Under the pieces are notes generated by a model. The model had not been told where the DNA came from. It searched no databases and saw nothing but the letters and a program-made list of their open reading frames with translations. Position numbers and translations under genes: made by a program. Below, piece by piece: positions 1 through 13,002 of a stretch of DNA of 46,349 nucleotides. Source of the DNA: Rhizaria sp. SCN 62-66 (Eukaryota); the NCBI GenBank assembly GCA_001724265.1, contig MEDY01000361.1:1-46349 (forward strand), given 5' to 3'. How positions within the stretch are numbered: position 1 is the stretch's first letter; the number at the start of each line of letters is the position of its first letter.

Positions 1-1
<1 letters not shown>

Positions 2-76
<75 letters not shown>
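2..76 (+). repeat. (CAG)25 microsatellite encoding poly-Gln, running off the window edge
   Basis: Perfect CAG repeat read directly. Confidence 0.95.
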
Positions 77-79
<3 letters not shown>

Positions 80-292
80 GAGCTAGAGCTAGACCTAGAG
101 ACAGAAGCGGAGCTCAAGCAGCACGACCAAGAGCTGGAGCAAGAGCAAGAGAATCTGTATTACGAGCAGCAGCAGCAGTTGCTTTTGTTGGAGCAGCAAC
201 AGCTGCAGCTGCAACAGCAGCAGTTGATGTTGCAGCAACAGCAGCAACAGTTGCTTTTGAAGCAACAGCAGCGCAAGCAGGAGATGTTACAA

Positions 293-324
<32 letters not shown>

Positions 325-3300
325 GCAGCAGCAACAGCAGAAGCAGCAGCAACAGCAACGTTTGTTTCACAAGAGTGAAGGCGGCAGCGCTGCTGTCAAT
401 TCGACTCTGCCATCCTCTGCCTCTACCTCTGCCGCTGCCGCTGCCCCCGCGTCAGCTGCAGACACAAGCTCTAGCGCGACCAAGAGGACCAAGACCAGTG
501 GGATCTTGAACACTGTGCCCGCCTCGGCCTCCGCTCCCGCCGTGGTTTCAAACAACACCAATCTCAAGAACAGTAACGGAAGCGAGAGCGCGAATGCTAT
601 GACTAAGCCTCAGTCTCAGCCCAAGCCTCAGCCTCAGTCTCAGTCTCAGGCCCAGTCTCAGCCTCAGCCTCAGCCTTCGCAGTGGCAGTCTCAGTCGCTG
701 TCTAAGCCACAGCCTCAGTCTGTGTCTGTTGTCGTTACCCAGTCCAAGCCTTCGAGCGCCTCACAGTCAGTGGCCACCGTTGACCCACAGTCGCAGTTGC
801 AGTTGCAGCCTCAGCCGCTGTCTGTCCCTCGCTCACAACCGCAGTCTCAGTCGGTTGCCACCCCGAGAGGCTCACAGTCGCTTGTGCAGCAGCAGCAGGA
901 GCAACAGCAGCAATGTCCTAAGTCGCCGTTTGTCTCTCTTGCCAGCCCTATCCCCGCAAAGAAGCAGCAGCCTCAGCAGCCGCACCAACAACAACAGCAG
1001 CAGAAGCAGCAGGTGCCGGTGCCAAAGAAGCAGCACCAGCAGGAACAGCAGAGCCAGAGCCAGATTCAGAGCTCGACTGAGAAGCCGTCTCAGCTGGCCA
1101 CGGCGTTGTTCGTTGCCGCCGCCGACCCCCCCGTGACAACTCTCACTCACACGCCCCGCCACAGCCACAATCAGACGGCGACTGCGACTGGCAGTGCGCG
1201 CGACTCTCGGAGTAATCCTTCCGGCAGTAATCCTTCGAGCGCGGCCGCGGCGTCCCCCGAGGCGGCTGCGGCGTCCCCTGAGGCGGCGGCGGTGGTGGCC
1301 GAGGTGCTGGCCCGTCTGCCGCCTGGCAGTACACACCTCCCGCGCGGCGCGCGCTACGGCCACAGCAGCCGCCGCCTCGCCGCGCCATCAGACACCCGCG
1401 CAGACGGCGCTAAGGGGGCGGTGCTGGCTGAGGAGTACTTAGTCGTGCTCGACCCTGCGGGCCTGTACTTAGACGCCCACGGCAACCCCATCTTTCCTCC
1501 CCCACACGACCAAAATCACAACGGCGATGACCGCAACGGGAACCTTTCGCCAGACGCCACCGCCTACCAGGGGGCCGCGTACCCGGCCGAGGATGCAGCG
1601 GAGGCGGCTTTGCTTACCGCGGAGCGCGCGCTGCTGGCGGCCGAGGCGGAGGAGGAGTACCGCCGCCGCGAGCTCGCCGGCGCAGCCGTGCGGCGGGCGG
1701 CGGAGGCGGCCGAGGCGGCGGCGGCGCGGCGGCTTGCCAGGCAGCGGCAGCTGCAGCAGCACCAGCAGCAGAAGCAGCAGCTGCAGCAGAGCGTGCAGCA
1801 ACAGGAGCAGCAGCTGCAGCAGCAGAGGCTGTTGTTAGAGCAACAGCAGCAGCAGCAGTTGTTGTTTGAGCAGCAGCAGCAGCAGCGTGACCGTGAACAG
1901 CAGCAGCAGCAGCGGCAGCGGGAGCTGGAGCAGCAACAGTATTTAGAGCAGCAGCAGCGGCTAGAGCAAGAGCGGCTGGAGCAGCAGTTGTTGCTGCAGC
2001 AGCAGCAGTTGCAGCAGCAGAAGCAGCAACAGCAAGAGCAAGAGCAACGGCTGCAGCAGCAGCAGCAGTATGAGGCGCAACAGAGGTATTTGGAGCAGCT
2101 GCAGCAACAACAACAGCTGCAGCAGCAACAGCAGCTGCAGCAGCAGCAGGAGCAGGAGCATTACTTACAGCAGCAGCAGAGGCACTTAGACACGACTCTG
2201 CCGTCCGTAAACACTTACACCACCGTCATCGACGACGGCTATGCGGACGATGAAGTTAAGCCGCCACGCGCGTCGCTGCACGAGTCCATCCCGCACAGCC
2301 ACGATGCCCACGGTCACTCGCCCTTCCACGCGGCTTGTTTTATCGCCCGCGACCCCCCCAGTTCTGTCACTGGAGCGTTCCCCCCCGCGCCGCCCCTCTT
2401 GGCGACTGGCGGCGGCGGCGGTCTAAGGGGTTACCTCGACCCCGCGTCACCGACTGCGCGTGCCCCGCGTAGTCCGGGGTACTTACCCAAGACGAGCACA
2501 CTTAAGCACGCGTCCCCCTTAGCCATGGGACCCTCAGCCACTTACAATAGCAACAACAACGCCGACTTTGACGCTGACCTTAGCAACAACAACAACGATG
2601 ACACAGCAGTCGGTGCGGTGAGTTCGAGCCCTACCCGCAGCAGCAGCCGCAGCATCAGCCGCCCCCGCGCCCCGACTGGCAGCACCGTGAGCTGTGCCAT
2701 CAGCAATGGCGCGGCCCCTGGCGTGAGCGTGATCGCGTCCGCGACCGCGCCCTCGGCGCTCGCGGCCGCCGCCGTGGCCACGGCCCCCGGTGCGAGCGCC
2801 GCCGCCAACGCGGCCGTGGTGCAGCGCGCGCGCGAGCGCAGCAGGGTGCGCGCGCCGCCCGGGCCAAGTACCCCCTTAGAGCGGGTAAGTAGCCCGAGGG
2901 GCAGGCGCGCCCCTTACAATGAGTCGGGTCATGTTGTAAGTACTCCGCGGAACAGCTCTGCTGCTGCTGCTGCCGCTGCTTCTGAGGGGAATGTAAGTAC
3001 TCCTGTAGCGGCGCATGTAAGTACGACTCGGGTGCTTGAGAGCCCGATGCTGGCGTCCCCCTTAGATCTCTCGACCGCCTCCGTCACTCACATTAACTCT
3101 CACACGAACAACAACAACAACAACAACAACGACAACGACAACGACGATAACGCCGTTGACGCCAGTGCGGATGCGATTGTTGCCGACTGTGGGCGCGGCA
3201 GTGACTGTGAGAGCGACGTCGACGCCGCTGTCAGCTACAGTGACTTGGTTTCCACGCCTTCTAAGCACGCGAACAATTATAACAACAACAATCACGTTAT

Positions 3301-6300
3301 TGTTGCTACAGCTCCTGTTATTGGTGTTTTAGACAACACTTTGCCTTCGCTGCCTAGTCCTTCACACTTACTGCAACAGCAGCAGCAGCAGGCCCAGTCG
3401 CACTTGCGCTCGCAGCCGCAGCCGCAATTACGGCCGCGGCCGTTGTCTCTAGTCGCCGCCGCCACCGCCGCCGCCACCGCCGCCGCCGCCGCCGCGCCGC
3501 TTCGGCTGGCGTCCCCCTCAGGCTCGAGTCAGGCCGCCGCCGCCGCTGCGGTCGCCGCCGCCGCCGCAGTGTACGGCCACGGTCATTCTGCCGCTGCTCA
3601 CGGTCACTTTGCTGCTCACGGTCACGGTCACGGTCAAGCGTCTGCGATCCCGGCGTCCCCTCGCTCGCAGTCGCCTTCTCTCTCACACTCCCACTCGCAA
3701 CAGCAGCAGCAGCAGCAGCCGCGGCCGCTGTCCCCGCGCGCGGCGTCGCGGCTCCGGGAGCGCGCGACCGCCGCCGTCTCCCGCCATCTCGCGCGCGCGG
3801 CATCCCCGCTGCGCCTGCCGCCCTCACGCAGCGTCGACCTGGCCGGCCAGGGCGGCGACCGCGGCGCGGGCATGACCGAGTGGCGCCGGCCGAAGCACCC
3901 TGCCTCTGCTGTGGCGCCGCTGCCGCTGACGCCGTCTAAGGGGGCTGGGACGCCGTCTAAGAACAGGGGCGCGGCGGCGGCGGGGGCGGGTAAGGGGGGA
4001 CTGCCGCTCACGCCGTCTGCGTCGAGGAGGAGCAGCGACGCGGGGCTCAGTAGCAACAATAATAGCATTAACGCTATTAGTGCTATTAATGCTAGTAATA
4101 TCACTAACGCAAGCAGTAGCAACGCTGATAAGCCGATTGGCGACAGTTCTGATAAGGCTGAGACTGACTCTGCGACTGCCGCTGAGACTGCCACGCCAAA
4201 GTCCGAGGCTGAAATTGAAGCTAATGCTGCTGCTGCTGAGGCCACTGCTGCTGAGGCTGCCGCTGCTGAGGCCGCTAAGGCTGCTGAGGCCGAGGCTGAG
4301 GCAAAGGCAAAGGCCGAGGCCGATGCTAAGGCCAAGGCTGACGCGGAGGCGGCGGCTGCCTCGGCGACGGCCGCAGCGGCCGCGGCGGCAATGACGCTGC
4401 TTGTGCCGTTGCTGCGCGAGTCTCTGGGCTTGCCTCCCGTCTCTAGCAGCAGCAACAACAGTAGTAGCAGCAACAGCAGCAACGCGAGAGCTAACAGCGA
4501 GAATGAGGCCGACTCAGGCGCTGATGTCGATGGTGCCGCAGAGACAACGACTGCTCCTGGGACTATGACTGAGAACGCGGCAGTCAAGTCGCCCGTCAAG
4601 ACTGCGGAGTCCGAGTCTAAGAGCGGTACTTACACCGCGTCTAAGGGCCAGCAACGCGACCTGGTGACGCACGCGAACGACCTGGCCAAGGAGGCGCTGT
4701 CCCTCAAGAACCGCATTGAGACAGCGTCTCACGGCAACTACAATCACGCCAATGCTCAGGAGAGCGATGATGCTGCAGCTGCTGCTGCCGCTGCTTTTGC
4801 TGCCGCTGAGGCCGAGGCCAATGACAAGGCTAAGGCTGAGGCGGAGGCTGCGGCCGAGGCTGCGGCCAAGGCACTGGCTCAGCAGGCGCAGGCTGAGGCT
4901 GCTGCGCAGGCGAGGGCGGAGGCCGAGGCTGCCGCGAAGCTTGAGGCCGAGGCTAAGGCTAAGGCTGAGGCCGCTGCTGCTGCCGCTGCCGCGGAGGCCG
5001 AGGCTGTGTTGATGGCCCAAGCAGCCGCCGCGACCGCCGCCGCTGCCGCCGCCGAGGCTGCCGCCGCCGCCGCACTGGCCTCAGCCCAGGCGGCCGCCAG
5101 GGAGGCCGCCGCCACCGAGGCCGCAGCGCTATTCGTCGCCTCGAACTCGCCCTACAGCAAGCGCGCGGGTGCCAGAAGTGCTGCTGCTGACTCCGCTGCT
5201 GCTGACTCCGCTGCTGCTGCCGCTGCTGCTGCTGTTGTGGATCCGTTGGCAACTGTGAACGCGGGCGCTGCGGAGTTCAGCAACTTCTTGGACGAGGCCC
5301 TTGCATCCGCAGGCGTTCCCTTAAACGGCGGCGCGAGCGACGGGACTTTGGGGGGTACTTACATGAAGGACGACTTGCCCCTTACACCGTCCGAGATTTA
5401 CTACTTACAGCAGCAGCAGCAGAAGCAGCGGCTGGCTAAGGGCGGCAACACGGGATACTTAGACGGCGCCCACGACGGCTACTTACAGTCGAGCGGGCTG
5501 TTCACCGCCAGCGGCCGAGTCCTGCCCGCGACGGCGCTGCCTGTGGCCGTGCCGATGCTCTTGCCGCAGCAGGACGTGAACAACGCGCACTCGCTGCTCA
5601 ATAACAACAACAGCAGTACCGGTGGCAGTTATGATATGACTCCGAACAGCAAGCTCCAGCAGCTCCAGCAGCAGCAGCCTCGGCCGCTGCGGCTGACAGG
5701 GCTCAACCCGCAGGCTCGCGCCGCCGCCATCGCGCGCACCAAGGCGCTCGTCCTCGCGTCGCCGTCGCACGGTAGCGGCAGTCGGCAGCAGCAGCAGCTA
5801 TTGGAGCAGCAACAGAAGCAGCAGCTGCTGCAGCAGCAGAGGCAGTCACAGCTCAAGGAGAGGGCTTCACAGGTACGTTAACAAACAATAACACAATTTG
5901 TGCCATAAGATAGGATATAATTAAGTTTGAAGCCTTGCATACCACATTTTTCATATTTAAAACGTGTTTTTATCAAGTATTGGTTTCTAATTGAGTTTAC
6001 CATCGTGATCTGTAATATTTTAATCCATCTTTAATATTTTAATCCATCTTTGCGTTCTGCAGATGCAGCCTATGTCGCAGCAGCTGGGCCGCGCGCGCGC
6101 CGCGCCCGGCTCCATAATCAACTTGACTCCGCCGCGCAGCAGCAGCAAGGCGCGCGCGAGCCGTGACCGTGAGCAGTCGACCGACCGTAGCGACAGGAGC
6201 AGCAGCAGCGACAGGTACCGTGACGCCGTCTCGGGGACGGTGACCGCGCACGTGCCGATTGCGCAGGCGAGCAGCGCGACTGCGTTTGTTGTCGACCAGA

Positions 6301-6311
6301 CCAGCAACTAA
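2..6311 (+). CDS. 5'-truncated very large low-complexity poly-Gln/poly-Ala/Ser-Pro-rich protein of unknown function; exons <2..5872 and 6063..6311
   Basis: The frame is open from base 2 (CAG run) through ORF 179..5881. CAG|GTACGT donor at 5873, AT-rich intron, TTCTGCAG| acceptor at 6062, phase 0 into ORF 6063..6311, which ends in TAA. No recognisable domain. Confidence 0.8.
5873..6062 (+). other. Spliceosomal intron, 190 nt, phase 0; contains a 19-nt tandem duplication TAATATTTTAATCCATCTT (6013..6050)
   Basis: GTACGT donor, abrupt switch to AT-rich sequence, pyrimidine tract plus CAG acceptor, frame preserved. Confidence 0.8.
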
Positions 6312-6883
6312 GACTGGCGGGGGATTGCACGGGCAACATGAGTCGTTGTCCGCGTTTTTGTGCTGTCTTTGGTTTGCTAACCGATTTATTAATAGATGAA
6401 ATGACTTCGTTTGAATACAACATGATTTTGTTTGTTTCATTTCATTCACTTGTCAGAGCTGGCTCGAGGGAGACAACAATTGTGACGCACAAAGCGCGAT
6501 GAGTTTATCACGTCAGAAGTTGGCTACATAATATAGTTTTTCATTTTTATTTTTATTTTTATAAGAGATAAACATGAAATATTAGTAGCCAATTGAAAGG
6601 AAGACAACTGTGCACACACAGAGCGATGTAAGATCGGGGCCACCTGCGGTACATTCGCCCAACCGTTTGTGGTGGGATGGGAACCATGGGAAGGGACACT
6701 TCCACCCGCCCAAACCGTTGAAACAACCCCACTCAACCATGACTTAATATATCGTCAGAATAGGATTTAGCTCAACCCTAATAACCAATCTCATCTATTA
6801 TTATTCTTAATATTTTTATAATAGTCTTAGTACTGGTTTAGTACTTAGTGTCCCTGTATTAATATAGACTGAGCTAGAGCAGA

Positions 6884-8863
6884 ATGTCGCGCCAGCGCTC
6901 AAGCCTCCCAGACCTTCCAAGTCCAAGCCCGCATCGCAGCGTCGCTGCCCGCGTGCCTGTCACTTCCACAGCCTTTTTACGCGAAAATGCCACGGAAAAC
7001 ACCCCACTTTTTCGTCCCGCAACCTACACTTCCCCCTTTAACTCTCCCTTCACTCCCACAGCGACCCCGACAACTACTTCAAGTACGAACATCCTCGCTT
7101 CTCATCCTTCTCAGAGACATAAGAGCAAGAGAAAGATCAGTGGCACCAAGCGTGGCGACACAACAGACGACGGAAGCGACGAGAACGCGAGCCACTTGTT
7201 CGACTTCTCCCCTCTGCAGTTCAACGTCGCCCCGGCTTCGGCCTCGCCCCTGCTGGCTGTGAGGGCCACTGAGCGCCTCGCCACCGCGACGCAGTCCGCG
7301 CTGCTACAACTTCCCTCGGCCGTGGCGTCAGCGCCGGCAACAGCGCCAGCCTCAGTCTCAGCCTCGGTCTTCAACGCAAGCACTCGAGCCCGCAGCACTC
7401 GCGCTGGCGTTGGCGCTGGCGCTGGCGCTGGCGCTGGTGCGAGTGGGGCTGCGACTTCGAGTGCAAGTGGGCGTAGTAAGCACTGGCAAGGCCAGGGGCG
7501 TCAGCTGTCGCCGTATCCACACTCGCAAAAACACGTCTCTCGCACCGCAACAGCAACATCATCATCAGCAGCAACAGCGGTAGCGAGTGCGGGCGCCGGC
7601 GCACTTGCGCAGGAGAAGAGCCAGACTGGCAGCGGGAGTGGGTCCGGCAGGGGCTTGATGCCCAGGTTGCAAGAGGCAGACGAGGAGCATGCGAGTGACA
7701 ACGACTGGATTGCGGCGAGTACTTACACCGACAAGGGTGCTTACAGTCGCGCTCGTGGTGACATCCAACAGCTGCAGCAGCATCAACAACAGCAGCGGAC
7801 GCAGTCTCGCGTCTCTCTGCTACTGACTCCCTTCAAAACAGCACCCTCAACAGCAGCAGCAGCTGCGAATCGCACGGGCGCCAGCAGGAGTCCCAGCCTG
7901 GGCGTGAGTGTCGCTGGCGCTGGCGCTCGTGATGGTGCAAGTGTGGGCGGTGGCAGCAGTCTGCTGTACAGCCGCAGCCCCCCTCTGCTGCTTAGCCCTG
8001 CCCGCAGCCCTCGTCGCCACGCGAGCGCTCTCCCGAAGACCAGCACTGACATTATGGCTAACACGAGCACTCACACAGCTCACACCGATGCTAGCGCTTA
8101 CGCGAGCCCTCGCAACCAGTCGCGTCTCCTCGCCAGTATGGGCGGCGCGAGCTCTGGCCGTGCGAGTGTCAGCGCGAGCAGCACTCCGCTCAGCGGTAGT
8201 GGAAGCCCTTACATGAACCCTTACACGGGTGGCGCCTCAACCGGCCTGCGCTACACCAGTCCGACGACGACTCCGACTGCGACTCCGAGCGCGAGCGCGA
8301 GTGCAGCTAGCAGTGCCGGCGCCGCGGCTAGCAGCGCCAAGAAGCCCCGTGCTTCAGGCAGTCGCAAGCGTCGTTCTCCTGTAATCACACCGACAACAGC
8401 GAACGACAACGCTTCAATCGGTGGCACTTACATGGGTGACGACGACCAAGGTATAAGTGCGCGCAGTCAGCTTACCGCGGTTTCTAAGAGGTCTCGCTAT
8501 GCTCACGGTCACTCGCCGATCAAGTCCCCGTCGAAGCACGCCCTCGCTTTGTCTAAGGGCGGACTTAGCCTCTACGGCAGCAGCAACAACGACGACGATG
8601 ATGATGACGCCGACGACGCGAAGGACTGGGACCGCGACCGCGACTCGGTGTTTCAGCGCAAGATGACCAAAGCGGAGCGGGCGGCGCTCTCGGCAACGCG
8701 CACTGCCGCCACAGCGGCGGCGGCTGCGGCCGCGGCGGCGGCGGCAGAGGCGGCTGCGGCGGCGGAAGACAAGAGCGCGATCGAGAAGGAAGTGAAGAAT
8801 GTGAACGATTTCTACAGTAATATCGACAAGATGAGCTTAGACGACGTTTTCGCAATCGATTAA
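6884..8863 (+). CDS. 659-aa disordered Ser/Thr/Ala-rich protein with many S/T-P sites and a Sororin-like C-terminal motif (IEKEVKNVNDFYSNIDKMSLDDVF)
   Basis: Single ATG..TAA ORF flanked by AT-rich DNA. The Sororin-like assignment is by eye only, so the CDS is much more certain than the family. Confidence 0.85.
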   Translation: MSRQRSSLPDLPSPSPHRSVAARVPVTSTAFLRENATENTPLFRPATYTSPFNSPFTPTATPTTTSSTNILASHPSQRHKSKRKISGTKRGDTTDDGSDENASHLFDFSPLQFNVAPASASPLLAVRATERLATATQSALLQLPSAVASAPATAPASVSASVFNASTRARSTRAGVGAGAGAGAGASGAATSSASGRSKHWQGQGRQLSPYPHSQKHVSRTATATSSSAATAVASAGAGALAQEKSQTGSGSGSGRGLMPRLQEADEEHASDNDWIAASTYTDKGAYSRARGDIQQLQQHQQQQRTQSRVSLLLTPFKTAPSTAAAAANRTGASRSPSLGVSVAGAGARDGASVGGGSSLLYSRSPPLLLSPARSPRRHASALPKTSTDIMANTSTHTAHTDASAYASPRNQSRLLASMGGASSGRASVSASSTPLSGSGSPYMNPYTGGASTGLRYTSPTTTPTATPSASASAASSAGAAASSAKKPRASGSRKRRSPVITPTTANDNASIGGTYMGDDDQGISARSQLTAVSKRSRYAHGHSPIKSPSKHALALSKGGLSLYGSSNNDDDDDDADDAKDWDRDRDSVFQRKMTKAERAALSATRTAATAAAAAAAAAAAEAAAAAEDKSAIEKEVKNVNDFYSNIDKMSLDDVFAID

Positions 8864-9219
8864 GGATGTTAATACTTTTTGAAAACAAGAAAAAAACAAA
8901 GAAACTGCTGTCACCGAAAAAAGTGATGGTATACGGTCATTTTAGAGGGCGCTTATCATGTTGAAAGTGCAAGTTACTTAGAGCGAAAGATAAACAATTT
9001 GAACGTTGGAATACAATTTGAAGAAGTTTGATTCAAAGTTATTATGTATTATTCAAATCAACGTGTGATAATAATTTACTACGTATAAGTTAAGTGATCA
9101 ATTGACTAAAGTAAATGGTTATAAAATAAAGTTCATTGGGGTTTCTCTTGCGTGACTGCAGCAAACAACATAAGAACAGCACTGACGAAATGAAAGATCA
9201 CGTTTGTCTGATGTTATAC

Positions 9220-12200
9220 TTACTTCGTATTGTTGTTTTTGGTGAAGTCGTTGACACCGTAACGGCCGAACAGTGCACTCATCCTATTATGAATCACGCC
9301 TCCACCCGCATTTGCGTTCGGGCTCCACATACTGTTCGCTCGTGAGGTGCTTGCGTTTGTCTGCGTCTGCGACAGGGGCTGTTGTGACTGAGACTGAGAC
9401 AGCGACTGAGTCGGGGTGGACTTCGGACCGACTGTCGATGACTGCGACACTTGCTGAGACTGCGCCTGCGACTGGGGTGTTTGTTGCTTCTTGTTTGTCG
9501 TCATATGAGCACTCACACTCTTTGCAGCTTTACTGCTGCCGCTGCTGCTACTCATATTGCTGCTAGTATCCTCCGAGCCCGTGTTCGCATAAGTTTTGGC
9601 CTTGTTTGCGGCGATCGGCTTGAGCCCGCTAGAGCCGAACCCGAACTCTTTCAGGAAGTCCTTCACATTGATCCCTTCGCCAGAAATACCACTCTGGCTG
9701 TCTGCAGCTTTGTTCGCAGCATTCACAGGACCGGTGATAGAGGTGACCCTGAGCGCGTGGACGCGCTTCAGCAACGCATTGAAGACTTGACTTTGCTGCT
9801 GCTGCTGCTGCCCTTGCCACTGTGCCTGCGAGAGAGCGTTGTTCGCGACACTATATGCTGTTGCGACCGGCAACGACGCAAACGCACTGAGCACACCCAG
9901 GGCGTCAAGAGTACTGCCATCAACACCGTCATGAGCAATTGCGCGCACACTAGAACTCGCGTTCACGCGTGTTTTCACGCTGCTATAGACGCTCGCGGTG
10001 CTGGCAACGGCAGTGCGCGCCGAGATGACGAGCTCATCGGCCACTTTGGCCACGGTTTTGTAGTGGCAACCCATGGCTTTAACACCAAACGCGTCAAAAA
10101 CAGGCGTGATAGTGACTTTAAGCCGCTTCAAGTCACTTGTATCAGAGTAAAGAGCGCTGATGTTGTTGTACGTGCGACTGGCATAGGCGCTGAAAAGCCC
10201 ATGCACGTCCGTAATCGCGTTCACGTTTGCGTTACTGTTGCAATTGGTGCTCGCGGTGCTGTTCGGTGCACTGGCTGCGTGCGTGTCGCTGCCGAGGTGG
10301 GAAACAACCGTTGTCACGGGCTGCATAGAGGCCTCGCCAGGACGAGCACGACTGCTACTGCTGCCACGATTGGCGTTATTGCCCTGCGCTTGCTCTTCTT
10401 GCTGCTGCTGTTGCTGCTGCTGTTGTTGCTGCTGCTGCAGCTGCTGCCTGGCCTTGGCGGCAACGAACAGCCCCGCCGTGGCGGCCAGCGCCGCGCTGCT
10501 GCGGTCGAGCTCGACGACGACGGTGCGGAGCAGGACCTGCTGCTGCTGGGCCAGCACCAGCAGCCACTGGTCCACGTGGCTGCGGCGCGCCGACAGGACG
10601 GCCGCGGCCACGGCCACGGCCACGGCCGACTGGACCAGGTGCTGGGTCTCGAACGCGGCGACCTTGTCGCTCTCTCTGGGGCTTGCGGGTGGCAGGTTCG
10701 CAAAAATGACGTGACTGTGCGTCGTTTGTTTCCCCGTGTTGTTAGAGCTGGTACTGGTGATGTTGGTCGGGGTCACCGAGTCAGCGGCAACAGTAGCAGC
10801 AACAGTGGTGGCAGTGGCAGCGGCAGAAGCAGCGTACAAAGCAGTGATGGCAGCGATACTACTCTGCGGAACAATCGCAGTAGCTGCCGCGGCAGCCGCC
10901 CTCATTGCGCCACGACTCTCGCGGCTACTACTCGCAGTGCTGTCGTAGTCGCCGTCGCTGTTGCTTTTCGGAGAGGTCATGATGAGGCGCACGAGGCCCG
11001 GGGAGAGTGGCATGAGCGAGACCGCGGACTCGAGCGACGACGCCAGCGGCATCGCGGTGGGGGCGCCGGCAGAGGTCTCGGCGGGCGCGGAAGCAGCGGC
11101 GGTGATCGCGGCGGCGACGGAGGATGCGGGGATGTGAAACGAGAGCAGAGACTGGGTGAAGTTGTACGCATTTGCCATGATCTGAAACAAAAGCGCACTC
11201 ATATTCTTCCCACCGTCGTCATCGCTCATCGCCACACCGCCGGCCGCGCCGGCAGTGGCGCTGGCGTTGGCGGTGCGCACCTCGAGCCTGACGCTGCCGT
11301 CAAGGTCGGCGCACGAGACGACGCCGACGCCGAGCTTGTCGCACTGTGCGCGCCAGCGCTGCTCCTTGCTCAATACGCCGGGCAGCAGGAACGGCGTCGG
11401 CGACTGCGGCAGCGCAGTCTTGGCGACGGCGCGGCGGTAGGCGCCGACTGACTCGGCCAAGTACTTGGACTCCTCAAGGGTGGACGTCACGAGGCTGCGG
11501 AGGCGGAAGAGGCTCAGGGTGATGTTGGCGACGGCAGAGCGCACAGCGACGCCGAGGCCGCTGCCACTGCTACTATTCTTACTCTGAGAGCTCGCACTAG
11601 CATTACCACTGGTAGCATTTGATGAACTAGAGCCAGTGATGTTGCTTGTGCTCCCAGTGGCCGCACTTGCACTGGCGCTGCTGGCGCTCGAGCTCAAGCT
11701 GCTGCTGCTGCTAGACTTGCTGCTGGAGTCAGCGTTCGCACCGGCGCTGTCGTCGTTGCTTAGCGAGGCTAGCTGCTCGGTGACCGCGAGCAGGTGCATC
11801 AGCAAGGCGGGATTGAAGCTGGAGAGGGACGGCGGGGCCGAGGGCTTGAAGCTGAAGAACGAAGCCCAGGAGGCGACCAGGTCCGCGATGTTGCGGGGCG
11901 CGGGTGTGCTGGCAATGATGCGGCTGAGCTCAGGATCAGCGGCAGCAACAGCGGTAGCAGCAGCGGTAGTAGCAGCGGTAGTGGCGTCGACAGCTGAGCT
12001 GGAGTTAAAACTGCTTGAGGCAGAAGTCTTCTTGCTCTTCTTAGGCTCAGTGGTCACCGTCTTGCTCTTGCTCTTGGTCTGGTCGTTGCTGTTGTTGTTG
12101 TTGTTGCTGTTGCTGGTAGTGTGCGTGTGCGTGTGCGTGCGCGTGTTGTCGACAATGATGATGTCGCTCTCGTCACCAGCATTGGGATTCGCGCCCGCAT

Positions 12201-12971
12201 TGTTACTACTACTACTACTACTACTACTACTATTCGTGGATGTAGTTGCTTTCGCTGACTTGGCTGACTTAGACGTCGTTTTCGACTTTGCGGGAGTTGA
12301 GATTGTGGCAGGAGTCTTGTCAGCGTCCGCGTCCACAAAAGCGCGAGGACGAGTGGTGTGACGCATCTTATTGGCGTAATACGACTCCGAGAATCCGAAT
12401 GTAAGTGGGTACTTAGACAGCTCTTCCTCTTCCTTGTTGTCCACGATCCTGTCGACGAAGTAGCCCGCCACGGTCGTTTTGTCCCCGAGCCGCGCCAGCA
12501 CGGCCCTGGCGCCGACCGCACCGCTGCGGCCCCGGCCGAAGCCGACGCCGCCGTAGCTGCACGCGCCGGCCACAAACGTCACGTTGGTGCCGCCGTCAAT
12601 GTAAGCGCCTGCGGAAAGAGCGCTTGAATCGGCAGCAGGAGGCGACGTCGATGGTGCAGTGTTGTTCGTGTCGTTCGCAGCGTCAGGGTTAAAGACTATC
12701 AGTGCCCCCTTGGATTTAGCACTGGCAGTGCTGCTCTTCTTCTTCGCTGGACTCGCCCTTACGCTCGCACTCGCGCTCGCGCTCGGAGTCGCATTAACCT
12801 GACTCGCGTCCAGGTTCACCTCGTCACCGTCACCGTTGCCGTTGCCGTTGCCGTTGCTGGGCCGGTCGGTCGGGGCGACGGCAGTGCCATCAAAGCCCGG
12901 GTTCGCCACCGCTTCCGCGGGCGCCACGACCAGTTCCAGCTCAGCCCACGCCCGGCCTTGCTTGCTCACAT

Positions 12972-13002
<31 letters not shown>

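Noticed and set aside
2885-3022. Exonic GTAAGT hexamers as real splice donors
   Set aside because: They are not followed by AT-rich introns, the frame stays open, and the reverse complement is similarly frequent on the sense strand. Treated as part of the DNA motif finding.
9119-9223. Possible terminal 68-nt intron (GTAAGT at 9223, CAG at 9156) extending the giant gene by about 12 codons to a TAA at 9119
   Set aside because: Far shorter than the other introns, and GTAAGT is a common non-splice motif here. The stop would be TAA either way.
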